IMG/VR virus record: IMGVR_UViG_3300031993_000074
Coordinates: 620-64,619 of that record
Origin: a virus
Lineage: Duplodnaviria; Caudoviricetes
Length of the DNA stretch: 64,000 bases
Strand: one strand, 5' to 3'
The notes beneath the pieces are model-generated. The model was not told where the DNA came from and ran no database searches. It saw only the letters and a list, made by a program, of their open reading frames with translations. The translations under genes were made by a program, and so were the position numbers. Positions 42,835 through 51,052 of this stretch are shown here, piece after piece. How positions within the stretch are numbered: position 1 is the first letter of the stretch; each line of letters opens with the position of its first letter.

Positions 42835-43018
42835 AATTAGACAATTCGGCAAATAAGAATCGGCGCAAATCAGAAATGAAATGCGCCGATTTCTTTACTT
42901 TGGAATGTGGCTTGCAAATTACCAGCAAATTAAATTAGACAGAAATTGGACATTAGCTACGCGCATGTGGACTAATTTGCGATTGCGTTTCTGAAATTAG
43001 TCCACCTTTGGTAATTTC
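42835..43018. other. Probable attP region with arm/core-type repeats
   Basis: AT-rich. AATT(A/G)GACA at 42835, 42933 and 42944; perfect inverted repeat GTGGACTAATTT-N15-AAATTAGTCCAC (42967-43005); directly after int. Confidence 0.55.
42858..42900 (+). terminator. Terminator after the integrase
   Basis: AATCGGCGCA-N14-TGCGCCGATT followed by TCTTTACTTT. Confidence 0.55.
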
Positions 43019-43248
43019 ACAAACGCCATCCAATGCGTTTTCGACAGGCGACCGCTTTTGTGTCCGTAGAGCGGGTGAACGCCGATGCAGTAGTATTCCG
43101 GCCTGCGCTTTCCCTTGAACTTCGACATGAACGACGCAAACTGCCGTTCGTGCTGCTTGAGGTCTGTTCCGACGAAACAGAGGGCAATCGCGCCGAACAT
43201 TTCGATCTGCGCGAAACGGAAAAACGACTTTCGCTTTGGCTTCTTCAT
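42997..43248 (-). CDS. Hypothetical basic protein (83 aa)
   Basis: SD GAAAGGAA before ATG 43248. Confidence 0.55.
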   Translation of the reverse strand: MKKPKRKSFFRFAQIEMFGAIALCFVGTDLKQHERQFASFMSKFKGKRRPEYYCIGVHPLYGHKSGRLSKTHWMAFVKLPKVD

Positions 43249-43267
43249 ACTGCTGTTCCTTTCTATT

Positions 43268-43540
43268 TCATGGCCGGCGTCTCTTGAAACGCTTGCGGCC
43301 GAACTTTCCCTTGAAGTGCTTGCGAGCCGTCGGGCGACTGTACGGCGTGTGACAGTCGGGGTCGAACGGCAACGGCTTGTGCGGCATGACAACCTTGCAC
43401 AGGCCGAAGTTGGGATGATAGACCCAATATGTCTTGCCGGGCTCAAAATGCGGCTCGGCAAGCGTGACGGCGCAATGGCGAAAAAACTCACATGGCGAGG
43501 TGGCGCCCGACGGAGCGGGCGCGGCAGGACGCTTATTCAT
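43268..43540 (-). CDS. Hypothetical protein (90 aa)
   Basis: SD GAAAGG; ATGA overlap with the upstream gene. Confidence 0.6.
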   Translation of the reverse strand: MNKRPAAPAPSGATSPCEFFRHCAVTLAEPHFEPGKTYWVYHPNFGLCKVVMPHKPLPFDPDCHTPYSRPTARKHFKGKFGRKRFKRRRP

Positions 43541-44049
43541 GGCGTGGCACCTTTCTCTGCGAAGTCGGCGAGGATTGCTTCGAGGTAGCGCTTGGGCAAA
43601 ACACCGTATGAATCGTCCTTCCTGACTACGTAGGCGTAGGTGTCTTTGCATCCGTGGCCGTACACGTCAGCTTCCTTGACCTCGTACTCTCCGGCGGCGA
43701 CATCTGCACGGAGTTTTTCAATGTCAATGGGCTGCGGAGGAGGTGGTGGCGGCGGAACGTATGGTTTGCCGGTGATTTGCTCTTCGGCGAAACGGAAGAA
43801 ATGCTCTTCCATGTCGCGCTTAAAGGCTTCTGCCCTCTCTTTGTTCATACGGAACAACGCCTTCTCCATGCGGTATCCGTACCGTACGACGTCCGCGTTG
43901 TTGGACGCCTTCATTTCCTTGACAATTTGCTTTGGCGTGCTGTTTATTGTTTCGAGCAGTTCGCGGAACGGCGGAACCAGGAGCCCTAACGCAGTTCCCA
44001 GGCTTGGCGCATAGACCAAGTGCCCAATCATCTTTTTGGTTTGCATCAT
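43537..44049 (-). CDS. Hypothetical protein with a poly-Pro linker
   Basis: Start MMQTKK at 44049; operon packing. Confidence 0.65.
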   Translation of the reverse strand: MMQTKKMIGHLVYAPSLGTALGLLVPPFRELLETINSTPKQIVKEMKASNNADVVRYGYRMEKALFRMNKERAEAFKRDMEEHFFRFAEEQITGKPYVPPPPPPPQPIDIEKLRADVAAGEYEVKEADVYGHGCKDTYAYVVRKDDSYGVLPKRYLEAILADFAEKGATP

Positions 44050-44102
44050 TCTCTTGCCTGTTTTCAGCGGAGCCGACACCGCGTCGGCTCCGCCAGATCG
44101 GT

Positions 44103-44528
44103 TTACTTGTTGACGATCACGATGACGTTGATGTTGGGCGTCTTGCCTCCGGCGGCAAGGCCAGCGAGCGGCATTGCGGCGAGGCTGAGCTTCGTGCCGA
44201 GGTCGGCAAAAGCCTTAGTGGCGTCGTCCTTCGGCTCTTCATTTGCGCCAGTCGTCTTTGCGGCGGGCTTGGGTTAGGAATTTGTGTTTTGCTTCCAGGC
44301 GGAATTGCCGGAAAGTGTATCAATCCAGGCTGCAAGTTCGCCGATCTTGTCGCCAAGCTTGTGCAACTCGGCATAATCTTCGACGAGTTGATGCAAAGCA
44401 TTGTCGGCCGTCAACTCGCCCCGACCAACTTCGCGGATGATGTTATAGATTCGCGTTGCGCTGCAATGGGCGTTCGATGCAAGCCCAAGGCATTCAAGAT
44501 ACTTTGTCTCTTTGATCGTGTTAGCCAT
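44103..44528 (-). pseudogene. Gene interrupted by a single in-frame TAA (84 aa + 56 aa)
   Basis: TAA at 44276-44274 is followed in the same frame by PKPAAKTTGANEEPKDD...VIVIVNK* with normal codon bias. Confidence 0.55.
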
Positions 44529-44540
44529 GATATGCTCCTT

Positions 44541-44924
44541 TCAGTTCTTCTCCGCCGCGTCCATGACGGCTTTGACCTTGTGCCAATACTTTAGGGTGGA
44601 TTCCTTGCGCCAGCCGTCAGGGCCGCCGTTGTGGATGCGAGCGAGGACTTCGGCGGTCGGCATCCTGCCGGTCTTGCGGCGATACCGCTCGCCGTAGTGC
44701 CGCCAATACGTCAGCATCATGCGCTTCGACTTCGCGCGGTCTACGCGGTCGATAAAGTAGAACCAGGACTGCCCCTTGTTGATGCGTATGCTGTTTACGT
44801 CCACGACATAGGATATAGTCAGCTGGTACACGTTGTTGCTCGTCTTGCCGTTCTCGCTTTCCACCTCGGCGATGGCGGCGAAGAGCGGCGCGAGCGCGAT
44901 GCCGAATATGGATGCGCTTGTCAT
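44541..44924 (-). CDS. Lysozyme-fold muramidase, i-type/destabilase-like (candidate endolysin)
   Basis: Start at 44924 (SD GAAAGGAG). Hydrophobic N-terminus, AIAEVES (catalytic Glu), C-terminal ARIHNGGPDG....TLKYWHKV. Confidence 0.7.
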   Translation of the reverse strand: MTSASIFGIALAPLFAAIAEVESENGKTSNNVYQLTISYVVDVNSIRINKGQSWFYFIDRVDRAKSKRMMLTYWRHYGERYRRKTGRMPTAEVLARIHNGGPDGWRKESTLKYWHKVKAVMDAAEKN

Positions 44925-45091
44925 TTCGCTCCTTTCGTTTCGGTTTCGAATTGTAGGCACAGTGCGAATTTCCGGCCCTCTGCGCCAAAGCAAATCCTCT
45001 TGTCCCACAGCCCGGCGTGGTCGCAGACGCGGTGCAGCGCGTCCTCCAGTTCGCGCGCCGTGCAGGGAAGGGCGATCAGCGGCTTAGTCAT
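44921..45091 (-). CDS. Hypothetical protein (56 aa)
   Basis: ATGA overlaps on both sides; SD GGAGG. Confidence 0.6.
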   Translation of the reverse strand: MTKPLIALPCTARELEDALHRVCDHAGLWDKRICFGAEGRKFALCLQFETETKGAK

Positions 45092-45297
45092 GGCTCGGCC
45101 CTCCTGTTCCACGCGGCGGCGGCTTCCTCGATGCTGAACACGCTTCCACAGCTTGCGCCACAGTTGTCGCACGAAACCCAGCGAGCACAGATTGTACGTG
45201 GTTGATTGCCGACCTCGTACCCTGTGTGAAACTGTTTGTGCAAACTTGCCTCGCCACCGCAGAACGGGCACTTCTTTAGTTCGATTTCACTTGGCAT
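45088..45297 (-). CDS. Lar-like restriction-alleviation zinc-finger protein
   Basis: ELKKCPFCGG ... CDNC ... AAAAWNRR. Confidence 0.75.
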   Translation of the reverse strand: MPSEIELKKCPFCGGEASLHKQFHTGYEVGNQPRTICARWVSCDNCGASCGSVFSIEEAAAAWNRRAEP

Positions 45298-45505
45298 CGG
45301 TCGCCCTCCTGTTCCAAGCGGCGATCAGCTTGTCGGGATCGTCGCCAATAATGCCGCACGTCTGGACGGGACACCTGGTGCAGTGTATCTGGTGGCACCA
45401 AGTCGGTATGACGGTTCCACGAACCTCGAAAGTTTCCCTTGTCGTCGTGAGTTTCGCTTTCGCCCCGCAGCACGGGCAGGGCTTCAGCTCGGGTTTACTT
45501 GCCAT
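45287..45505 (-). CDS. Second Lar-like zinc-finger protein
   Basis: ELKPCPCCGA ... CTRC ... IAAWNRR. Confidence 0.75.
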   Translation of the reverse strand: MASKPELKPCPCCGAKAKLTTTRETFEVRGTVIPTWCHQIHCTRCPVQTCGIIGDDPDKLIAAWNRRATDAK

Positions 45506-45515
45506 CGTTCACCTC

Positions 45516-45707
45516 TCAGTATTTCTTCGCCCGCACCCACTCCTCGCGGAAGCGGGACAGGGTGCAGTCGTGGATTGTAAGGTCGCAGTCCATGCCGTTC
45601 ACGGTCACGGACAGGTCGTTGCTATTGTCGTCGCTCGGCTCGACATATATGATGCGGCTGGCGTCGATGAGACAGCCGTCCACTTCGATTATGCCGTCAC
45701 CACTCAT
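45516..45707 (-). CDS. Hypothetical acidic protein (63 aa)
   Basis: SD GGAGG before ATG 45707. Confidence 0.6.
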   Translation of the reverse strand: MSGDGIIEVDGCLIDASRIIYVEPSDDNSNDLSVTVNGMDCDLTIHDCTLSRFREEWVRAKKY

Positions 45708-46230
45708 TGACAATCCTCCATTTCTTCCAGTCGTCTGGCAGTCCACACGCCTTCTTCACCGCGTCGCCGATGAGGAAGCCCATAGGGTGTCCGCCGTAAG
45801 CGATGCCGTAGCACTTCAACGGGCGAACGGGTATGAACTGCGGAACGCCCTTGCCGTAGTAGGCGGCTATGACCGCCTCGGCTACGGCGTTAGTCGCCAG
45901 CGCGATTCCACGCGACTGGCAGGGGTTGCCGTCGGGGTGTTCGTCCACCTTGATAGGCTCGTAGCGCGTGTGGCTGACCTCCTTCGTGTGCATGACGCAA
46001 CAGCCCTGAATCCCGTCGGGGCAGGGACACTGCACCTCCTGCGTCGTGGTTATCGCCAGCGCGAGGACTACATTCGTCACGACGCTCATACCACACCGCC
46101 TTTCGTGGTCGCGGGGGTTGATGACAAAGTGGCCTTGTTCCCGCAGCTTGACAGCTGCGGCGCGAAACGCGTCACGGTTCAACTTGGGGTGGCCGGTCAT
46201 CGGCCCGCTGATGTAGATTCGCTTTTTCAT
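45697..46230 (-). CDS. Chimeric ORF: truncated DUF4406-like N-terminus fused to a Cys-rich protein with its own start at 46089
   Basis: MKKRIYISGPMTG...FRAAAVKLREQGHFVINP, then an internal SD GAAAGG and in-frame ATG (MSVVTNVV...). Confidence 0.6.
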   Translation of the reverse strand: MKKRIYISGPMTGHPKLNRDAFRAAAVKLREQGHFVINPRDHERRCGMSVVTNVVLALAITTTQEVQCPCPDGIQGCCVMHTKEVSHTRYEPIKVDEHPDGNPCQSRGIALATNAVAEAVIAAYYGKGVPQFIPVRPLKCYGIAYGGHPMGFLIGDAVKKACGLPDDWKKWRIVNEW

Positions 46231-47036
46231 ACGGACACCTCCACGATTTTGCCATCTTCCATCCTGTACCACGTATCGGCCTTGTATTGCTTTCCGTCGA
46301 TACGCACCATTTGAGCGCCGCGCAGATGCCAGTTGTAGTTTTCGTCCCTTCGCCAGTCCGCGAGAACGATATGCGCACCTATCACGCCTTTTGCTCGGCT
46401 GTAGAAGCCCCAGGCGACCGCTATGGCTGTCGGATTATCGGCCGAGCAAGCGGAGTTGTCGCCCGTGGCCGAGCAAGCGGAGTTGTCGCCCGTGGCCGAG
46501 CAAGCGGATTTGTCGCCCGTGACCGAGCAAGCGGATTTGTCGCCCGTGGCCGAGCAAGCGGAGTTGTAGCCCGTGGCCGAGCAAGCGGATTTGTCGCCCG
46601 TGACCGAGCAAGCGGAGTTGTCGCCCGTGACCGAGCAAGCGGAGTTGTCGCCCGTGGCCGAGCAAGCGGATTTGTCGTCCGTGGCCGAGCAAGCGGCATG
46701 ATTTTCATCTGCCTTTGCCTCCCGCTTGATCCGCTTCTTCGTGTAGTCGATTGCGGCCTTGACCAGCCCGGCGATTGACAGCTGCGCACCGATCTTGATC
46801 TTCGTCGCGGCAACCTTTGTATCGCAACCATCATGGTCGATGTCGCCGTCCAGCTCAACTTCATGATACACCGATCCATTGCCCGGATTGTAATAATCCA
46901 GACAGTCAAGCGGGTATTCGCAAGCATGAAAACCTGTGCTGCAACACTTCGCTTTAGGGGTGGTGTATTCCTTTCCCTCTTCGTATTTGAAGTCACGACA
47001 TGTCATGTCGCGATTAAAACCTTTGTATGCTTTCAT
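46227..47036 (-). CDS. Phage protein with nonapeptide SACSATGD(N/K) repeats
   Basis: N-terminus KAYKGFNRDMTCRDFKYEEGKEY and GFHACEYPLDCLDYY; repeat tract; C-terminal DGKQYKADTWY. Confidence 0.85.
   Translation of the reverse strand: MKAYKGFNRDMTCRDFKYEEGKEYTTPKAKCCSTGFHACEYPLDCLDYYNPGNGSVYHEVELDGDIDHDGCDTKVAATKIKIGAQLSIAGLVKAAIDYTKKRIKREAKADENHAACSATDDKSACSATGDNSACSVTGDNSACSVTGDKSACSATGYNSACSATGDKSACSVTGDKSACSATGDNSACSATGDNSACSADNPTAIAVAWGFYSRAKGVIGAHIVLADWRRDENYNWHLRGAQMVRIDGKQYKADTWYRMEDGKIVEVSV
46441..46697 (-). repeat. 27-bp coding tandem repeat, about 9.5 copies
   Basis: Unit G(C/A)CCGAGCAAGCGGA(G/T)TTGTCGCCCGT with no spacers. Confidence 0.95.
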
Positions 47037-47827
47037 TTGTTTTCTCCTTTTGTTGCCCAGGGTACCTGGCGGATTTGCAGGTGCTTCGGGAATTTGGTTA
47101 TGTTGCGCTCACACTTGCCGTTGAGGTCAAGCTGCTTCACGAACACGGGGACTTTCGCCGCAAGGCATTGATCGACTATGGACTCAATCCACTCGATCTT
47201 GCACGGACGGCGTTTCGGGCCGGACTCGCAGCCGACGACGACCCATTTGAACGGCAACGGCTTTGTCGGATACAACTGCTTGAGGTCTATCGCGCCAAGC
47301 AGAGATTCCGCAGACAACCAGAGGTTGGCCCATTCGGGAAACCCAATGAATGTCGTTGCTCGCCTATCGTTGTAAAACTCCTGGTTTTCGGCGGTGAAGC
47401 CGAAGTAGTGGTTGGAGATGTCGCACTCTTCGTCGTCAAAGCCGAAGTATTCCCCGCTGTCCTCATCATAACCTTCGGGAATCAACAACACCTTTCCATT
47501 CCTAAGCACGCCGCACATCCTGGCTGGTCGCTTTGTCAGCCAAAGGTAGGCATCGCCGCCGCGATTGACGCACCGTCCGATGTTGTCCGCCATATCCTCG
47601 GTGTACATCCATTCACCAAACAGGTCGGTCATGTTCCCGCAGAACACGATGCCGGAGCGCGGCGGCTTCTGTTTCGTGTCGTGAGGCTTGAAGTTCTGCC
47701 CAAACCGCTTTGCCCATGCCGCCGCGTAGCAGTTCTCGCAAGCGGGAGAGCATGGATTGCACCCGATGACGGGATTCCATGTCTTGTCCCAGTATTTAGC
47801 GCGTGACCATTGGATTTGAGGATGCAT
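47033..47827 (-). CDS. Gp37/Gp68 family (DUF5131) protein
   Basis: TWNPVIGCNPCSPACENCY; FCGNMTDLF; WLTKRP; WVVVGCESG; PVFVKQ. Start at 47827. Confidence 0.85.
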   Translation of the reverse strand: MHPQIQWSRAKYWDKTWNPVIGCNPCSPACENCYAAAWAKRFGQNFKPHDTKQKPPRSGIVFCGNMTDLFGEWMYTEDMADNIGRCVNRGGDAYLWLTKRPARMCGVLRNGKVLLIPEGYDEDSGEYFGFDDEECDISNHYFGFTAENQEFYNDRRATTFIGFPEWANLWLSAESLLGAIDLKQLYPTKPLPFKWVVVGCESGPKRRPCKIEWIESIVDQCLAAKVPVFVKQLDLNGKCERNITKFPKHLQIRQVPWATKGENK

Positions 47828-48033
47828 CAGTCGTCCCTCCTGTTGCAGAAGCGCATAAGCTCGATGATATACCAGAGCACGACCACGAGGACGAGGAGCA
47901 GAGAGACCCACGTCGGCGCAAGCACCCACCACCAAGACCACTCGATCTTGTCGATGAGCTTCAGGACGATGAACGCGATCTGGAGCAGGCCCAAGAACCC
48001 GATGCCGGAACTACTTGTTGTTTGAGCTGACAT
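47827..48033 (-). CDS. Small membrane protein (68 aa)
   Basis: GIGFLGLLQIAFIVLKL...WSWWWVLAP, a common phage two-TM family. Confidence 0.8.
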   Translation of the reverse strand: MSAQTTSSSGIGFLGLLQIAFIVLKLIDKIEWSWWWVLAPTWVSLLLVLVVVLWYIIELMRFCNRRDD

Positions 48034-48089
48034 TTGCGGTTTCCTTTATTTGCATGGGCGGCGGGCGCGTGGCCCGCCGGCCCGATGGT

Positions 48090-49523
48090 TCACTTGCCGA
48101 GCAGAATCAACTTGCGTTCCTCCGGAGTCACGCAGTCGTTGGCGGCCTCGAAGCACGTCAGCGTGATGGACGGCGACGTTTCAAGGTCGATTATGTCGTT
48201 CCGAAGCGCCGACAGATAGCCCTCGCGCTGGAGCGGCTCGTCGCCGCGCCAGACGTGGCGCGAAAGCTGGAGCAGCCCCGTGTCAACGCGCTGGAAGTTC
48301 CACTTGTTGACGAAGCCGTAGATGTTGGCGATGGCGAGGAACTTTGCCGCGAAGCAGAGGTCGTCGCGGTAGTCCGTGGCCTCACGCAGGAAGTCGGCAA
48401 GATGCGACTCCTCCCACGTCTTCACCTTCTTCAGGGCGTTCTTCAGGGTCTTGGCGCGCTCCTTGTCGGTGTTGTTGACGGACTTCTCCTCCTGTTCCGG
48501 CGCCTTCGGGTCTTTCGTGGCGAAGCGGACGGCGAGGTTGCCGTTGTAGTCGTGGTAGACACAGGCGAACTTGTGGTCGTCGTCGGGCTGGAGCGTGGCG
48601 TCCTGCGGAACGGCGAAGAAGTCCTTTACCTTGACGACCTTGTGGCCCTTCGACTCAAGGCGGCGAATCTGCCTGTCCTCGGCCTCCTGCTTCTTGAGCT
48701 TGAAGCAGCGGGGGTCGAGGCAATGGCCGTACTTCTCCGGCTCGTCGTCGAAGAGCGTCGGCAGACATGCCGTGTTGTTGGGGCAGACGAGGCACTTCTT
48801 GCGGTCGAACTCGGCTTTCGACAGGTCGGTGACGCGGGAGTCGAACTCGCGCGAAACGTCGCGCCACGAAAGGCGGACGGACGTGTCGTAGGAATCGACG
48901 ATTTCCTCAAACGCCTCCTTCTGGATTTCCTGCGTGTAGCGGGACGCCTTTTCGAGAAGGTCGGTCGTGCAGTTGACCGTGCCGTCCTGAACGGCGGTAG
49001 TCCACTCCGGGGCGAGGTCGATGAGCTTTGCGCGGCGGTAAACCCATGACTCGGGCATGCCGATCTCGGCGGCGATTTCCTCCATCGTCATCTTGTCCTC
49101 GTCGCGCAGGGTCTGTATCGTCTTTGCGACGTACAGGGGCTCGGCATCCTTGCGCTTCAAGTTCTCGATGAGCGTGAGCTGGCGGGCGGTCGCCTCCGTG
49201 CAATGGAATATCTCGCAGGGCACTTCCTTCAGCCCGGCGGCGCGGCAGGCCACGAGGCGGCGGTTTCCGGCAATAACGATGTACTCCAAATCCTCCTTGC
49301 CGCCGTCGCTGGCCCAATCCCATACAACGGCTATACGCTGAATCAAGCCCTTGGACTTGATTGTGGGGATTAAGTCTGCTACGGATTCCTCGGTAATCTC
49401 GCCACGCGGATTCCACGGGGCGATGTGCAGCTTGCCGATCGGAAGCGTGATAGGCTCGCGCTCGATGGACTTCGCCGCGCTCGTCTGCGGCGACTTCTTT
49501 GCCTTCTTCTGTTGTTTTTTCAT
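48090..49523 (-). CDS. ParB/Spo0J-family protein with an extended C-terminus
   Basis: WNPR; KGLIQRI; IAGNRRLVA; ENLKRKD; HTH region. Start at 49523. Confidence 0.85.
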   Translation of the reverse strand: MKKQQKKAKKSPQTSAAKSIEREPITLPIGKLHIAPWNPRGEITEESVADLIPTIKSKGLIQRIAVVWDWASDGGKEDLEYIVIAGNRRLVACRAAGLKEVPCEIFHCTEATARQLTLIENLKRKDAEPLYVAKTIQTLRDEDKMTMEEIAAEIGMPESWVYRRAKLIDLAPEWTTAVQDGTVNCTTDLLEKASRYTQEIQKEAFEEIVDSYDTSVRLSWRDVSREFDSRVTDLSKAEFDRKKCLVCPNNTACLPTLFDDEPEKYGHCLDPRCFKLKKQEAEDRQIRRLESKGHKVVKVKDFFAVPQDATLQPDDDHKFACVYHDYNGNLAVRFATKDPKAPEQEEKSVNNTDKERAKTLKNALKKVKTWEESHLADFLREATDYRDDLCFAAKFLAIANIYGFVNKWNFQRVDTGLLQLSRHVWRGDEPLQREGYLSALRNDIIDLETSPSITLTCFEAANDCVTPEERKLILLGK

Positions 49524-49578
49524 GTGTATGTTGTTTTGTAGGGGCGACGGGCGCAAAGCCCGTCGCCCGGGTGGTGGT

Positions 49579-49950
49579 TTACTTGTACGCGAGCAGAACG
49601 TCCCAGAGGTCGTCGATGGCGTCAATGTGCGCATCGAGCAAACGGAACTTGCCGGTGTCGAAGAGGCGCTTCAACGCGGCGGCGTAGTCCGAGTCCTTGC
49701 CGGGGCCGTTCAGGCCGAGCGACACATGGACGATGGTGTTCTGCACGGGCTCGCCGTAGGCTTTGCCCTTGGTCTTGAGGACCTTGTAAACGTGCATGCG
49801 GTCCTTTTCGGACGAAAGCTCGTTTACGATCTTCTTCGCGTCCTTGGCCGCTGCGGAGCTCTTCGATTCGACGGCCTCGTTGATGTCGTCGAACTTCATG
49901 ATGAGATATCCGGCAGAGCCGAACGTGGGCATTACTTTCTTCTTGCTCAT
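49579..49950 (-). CDS. Hypothetical protein (123 aa)
   Basis: SD GAAAGG; strong codon bias. Confidence 0.75.
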   Translation of the reverse strand: MSKKKVMPTFGSAGYLIMKFDDINEAVESKSSAAAKDAKKIVNELSSEKDRMHVYKVLKTKGKAYGEPVQNTIVHVSLGLNGPGKDSDYAAALKRLFDTGKFRLLDAHIDAIDDLWDVLLAYK

Positions 49951-49977
49951 TGCTTTACCTTTCTGATTGTGGAACGT

Positions 49978-50469
49978 TTACTCAACGATGCACCAGTCGT
50001 CGGACAGCATATCCGTCTGCGAGGCCAGCCAGCCCATGACGATGGTGCCGTCTGCGGCCTTCATCGTGACGTAGGGCACAACCTTGACGGTTCCGCCGTT
50101 CTGCTCGGCATACTCAGCATTCGGCTTCCCCCAGATACCCGTGGCAGGAATTTCCTTCGGGCCGTCGCAGAGAGGAACGCAGAGCCACATGCCCTTGCCG
50201 TTCCAGCCACGCCGAGCAACTTTCTTGCCACGCTTCATAGCCTCGATTGCCATGCCGAACGTCATGCCGTCAATCGGACGGCCGGCTTCCTCGAACTGTG
50301 CCTTGGGGCACCACGATTCGTACCCGTCGAGACAGACAACAAGGTAGCCCTCGTCTGCGGGATTCTCGTTTTCAGGTATCGCCCATCCGCGATACGTGTT
50401 GTAGTCGCCACGCGTCATAGGCCTTGCCTCGACCAAATGGCAACGAACGAATTTCATCATGTCATTCAT
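49978..50469 (-). CDS. DUF2829-like protein
   Basis: MTFGMAIEAMKRGKKVARRGWNGKGMWL ... GWLASQTDMLSDDW. Confidence 0.85.
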   Translation of the reverse strand: MNDMMKFVRCHLVEARPMTRGDYNTYRGWAIPENENPADEGYLVVCLDGYESWCPKAQFEEAGRPIDGMTFGMAIEAMKRGKKVARRGWNGKGMWLCVPLCDGPKEIPATGIWGKPNAEYAEQNGGTVKVVPYVTMKAADGTIVMGWLASQTDMLSDDWCIVE

Positions 50470-50516
50470 TGTTTCACCTTTCTTGTTATCCCGCTTGCAC
50501 CATGCAAGCGAAATTC

Positions 50517-50684
50517 TCATTGTTTGGCTTCCATTTCCGCACGGAGGATTTCGCACTCCGCGCTGAACTGGTCAGGCGTGGCCACAAGAAACAGCCAGAA
50601 AAGCAGGGCGAAGAGCAACAGCGTGAATATCGCGCCAATCGTCTCTCCTATGGCCCTTATCGTCTGCTTGGTATTGTCTTTCAT
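50517..50684 (-). CDS. Small single-TM protein (55 aa)
   Basis: SD AAAGGAGA; TM segment IGAIFTLLLFALLFWLFLV. Confidence 0.7.
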   Translation of the reverse strand: MKDNTKQTIRAIGETIGAIFTLLLFALLFWLFLVATPDQFSAECEILRAEMEAKQ

Positions 50685-50710
50685 GTTTCGTCTCCTTTGT
50701 GTTGAAAGCA

Positions 50711-51052
50711 TCAATAGTCGTCGTCCGACAGCGGCGGTGGCTCCGGCTTCGAGATAAGATCGAGCTGGACTTGCGCAACCTTCTTCGGCTGCGGCTTCCG
50801 CACGACTTTCGGCGGCTCGGACTTCGTTTTCGGCGGCTCTTGAACCGGGAGCGTTATCGGGATGGCCTTGCCCTTGTCGGGCGTCCATCCGGCCTTGCGC
50901 CACTTCTCCGCAACATCGTCGAGCGGGTACTTGCATCCCTCGCCATCGCCTGACTTGACGCACCAGTACACGCCGAACGCATGGTGGCATACGGTCTGCG
51001 TCCACTCGGGACAGTCCTTGCACTTGCGGACAATCTGGTATTTCTCGCTCAT
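50711..51052 (-). CDS. Cys-rich hypothetical protein
   Basis: CKDC..CHH..C..C; ATGA overlap with rusA. Confidence 0.65.
   Translation of the reverse strand: MSEKYQIVRKCKDCPEWTQTVCHHAFGVYWCVKSGDGEGCKYPLDDVAEKWRKAGWTPDKGKAIPITLPVQEPPKTKSEPPKVVRKPQPKKVAQVQLDLISKPEPPPLSDDDY

Noticed and set aside
44274-44276. Genome-wide stop-codon reassignment
   Set aside because: TAA, TAG and TGA all terminate well-supported genes and other genes are not fragmented; this is a single local event.
46441-46697. Possible CRISPR array
   Set aside because: The units are contiguous with no unique spacers, are a multiple of 3 and encode a peptide repeat; no cas genes are present.
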